DNA from: Marsupella aquatica
Lineage: Eukaryota; Plantae; Marchantiophyta
Direction: 5' to 3'
Assembly (NCBI GenBank): GCA_973895155.1
Contig: OZ316899.1
Span: forward strand, 4,467,241 to 4,531,240
Length of the DNA stretch: 64,000 nt
The notes below the pieces were generated by a model. That model saw only the letters and a list, made by a program, of their open reading frames with translations, was not told where the DNA came from and ran no database searches. Both the position numbers and the translations under genes were made by a program. This document shows, in pieces, positions 62,697 to 64,000 of this stretch. The first letter of the stretch is position 1, and every line of letters starts with the position of its first letter.

Positions 62697-62936
62697 CACT
62701 AGTACATTTTTGACGACTTTCCGATACTCAAAACGTGACTATTTTGTCATGTCCGAACCCGAGAGAATCGGACGTTGTCCGATACAAATACCATTGTAAT
62801 GTCCGATGTGCGCTGCATCGGATTTAGTTAGTCCAATGTGTTAATGCAACCAATATCCCACATCGGTTACATCGGAACGTTTCCGAAACAAAATGAATCG
62901 GACATTTGACCATAAAAGTATTGTCAAAGGTCAGAT
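62697..62936. mobile_element. Left end of a second CACTA element, interrupted by family B copy 3
   Basis: CACTAGTACATTTTTG is identical to the end at 28860 and is followed by clustered TCCGA/TCGGA motifs. Confidence 0.75.
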
Positions 62937-64000
62937 TGTGACGCCGATGACATGGTCCTTATTCTATAATCTGAGTAACTAGGTTGCTGTATGCAAGGAG
63001 TAGCTATTGATACCGCATAACAATTAGCAAGATGGCAAGAATAAGGGCAATCATGGCGTTAAGAGTAGGGAAATAAAAGCTATGTCGCGGGTGGTCGGCG
63101 ACCATATCTCTTTCAATATGTCACCAAATCCGGATCTGTAAAGAGCATTGGAAAGATCTGGTCAAGGCGAGTAAAATCGATACAAAACACTTGAGAAACG
63201 GAGGTGTATTAAGGAAGATACGGCCTGATTAGTGTGACAGGTTAACTTGTGGCCGAAATTAGCGGGTTCGGCTTCAGTTTCGGGTTAACCCAAGCTCGGC
63301 CACGGCTTAGCTTAGGTAAGCACGGCTTCAGCTTATCTCAGGTAAGCACGGCTTCAGCTTAGCTCAAGTAAGCACAGCTTCAGCTTAGGCTTAACCCGGG
63401 TTCGGGTTAGACTTAACTCGGGTTAGCCTAAACTCGGGCTCAGGTTAGCATAGGTAAGCTCGGGTTCGGGCTCAGCTTAGGCTAGGTTAGCGGATAGCGG
63501 ATTGCGGGTAGCGGCCTAACCCGAGACCATGGGTTAGATAGGATAGCTAGGTTAGCCGAACTCGGGTTAGCTATGTAACTCGGGTTAGCGCAGCAGTGAG
63601 TACCCCCTCTCGGTTGCGGGGGCATAACTCTCTGTGTATTTGACCAAATCGGCTATAATTGACCTCGTTGGAAAGAGGAGCTCAAGCCGCTTCCAACGCT
63701 GCTATCCACGCAGCAAATGGTTGAATAGAGAAATTGGGAGAGGAGGCGCAAGCTCGCAAAAACCATGGAGGAGGGCCCAAATCTGAAGTACATAGCCAAT
63801 TCGAGATAGAAATAAAGTTGCGAGTTAGGGTTCAGTAGTTAGAGATAGTGGCGGCTCTGTTAGGGCTGGGATGGGGCTCCAACAGCGTAGTATCCACCCA
63901 TTTGGGCTCAGTATGAGAGTATATAGAGCAGCCCCCCGGTAGAGGCAAGGGGGGGTGGACTTCAGTTGTGTGATCTCACGTAGACTAAGCAGCAGGGAGG
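62937..64000. mobile_element. Family B LTR, copy 3 (runs off the window)
   Basis: Starts TGTGACGCCGATGACATGG as in copy 1. Has a 328-bp deletion relative to copy 1 and retains the segment that copy 1 lacks. Confidence 0.88.

Overview
Eukaryotic, transposon-saturated plant DNA. A non-seed land plant such as a bryophyte, lycophyte or fern is an inference from the TE families present. No recognisable host gene is present. Contents in order: (1) a decayed Sola-like/DUF7869-type DDE transposase gene (917-~4290); (2) three full-length short-LTR Ty1/copia elements of the Bianca type (8079-20345 +, 21692-28407 -, 55452-61702 -) and a non-autonomous relative (41885-45269), all with verified LTR pairs, the same TTATCAGCA(C/T)G PBS core and 5-bp TSDs; (3) a decayed Tork/Tnt1-like copia (~46434-54926 -); (4) six single TG..CA or AG..CT units that look like long solo LTRs (five with 5-bp TSDs, one running off the window): family A x2, one with an intact 1121-aa ORF, family B x3, and one AG..CT unit; (5) two related MITEs; (6) a CACTA/En-Spm element (28860-~39110) plus a second CACTA end at 62697. 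The most striking observation is inside the CACTA element. A SET-domain (lysine methyltransferase fold) exon sits within the TnpD transposase locus and appears to share the transposase's first, Zn-binding exon by alternative splicing. The TnpA-like gene lies head-to-head on the opposite strand.
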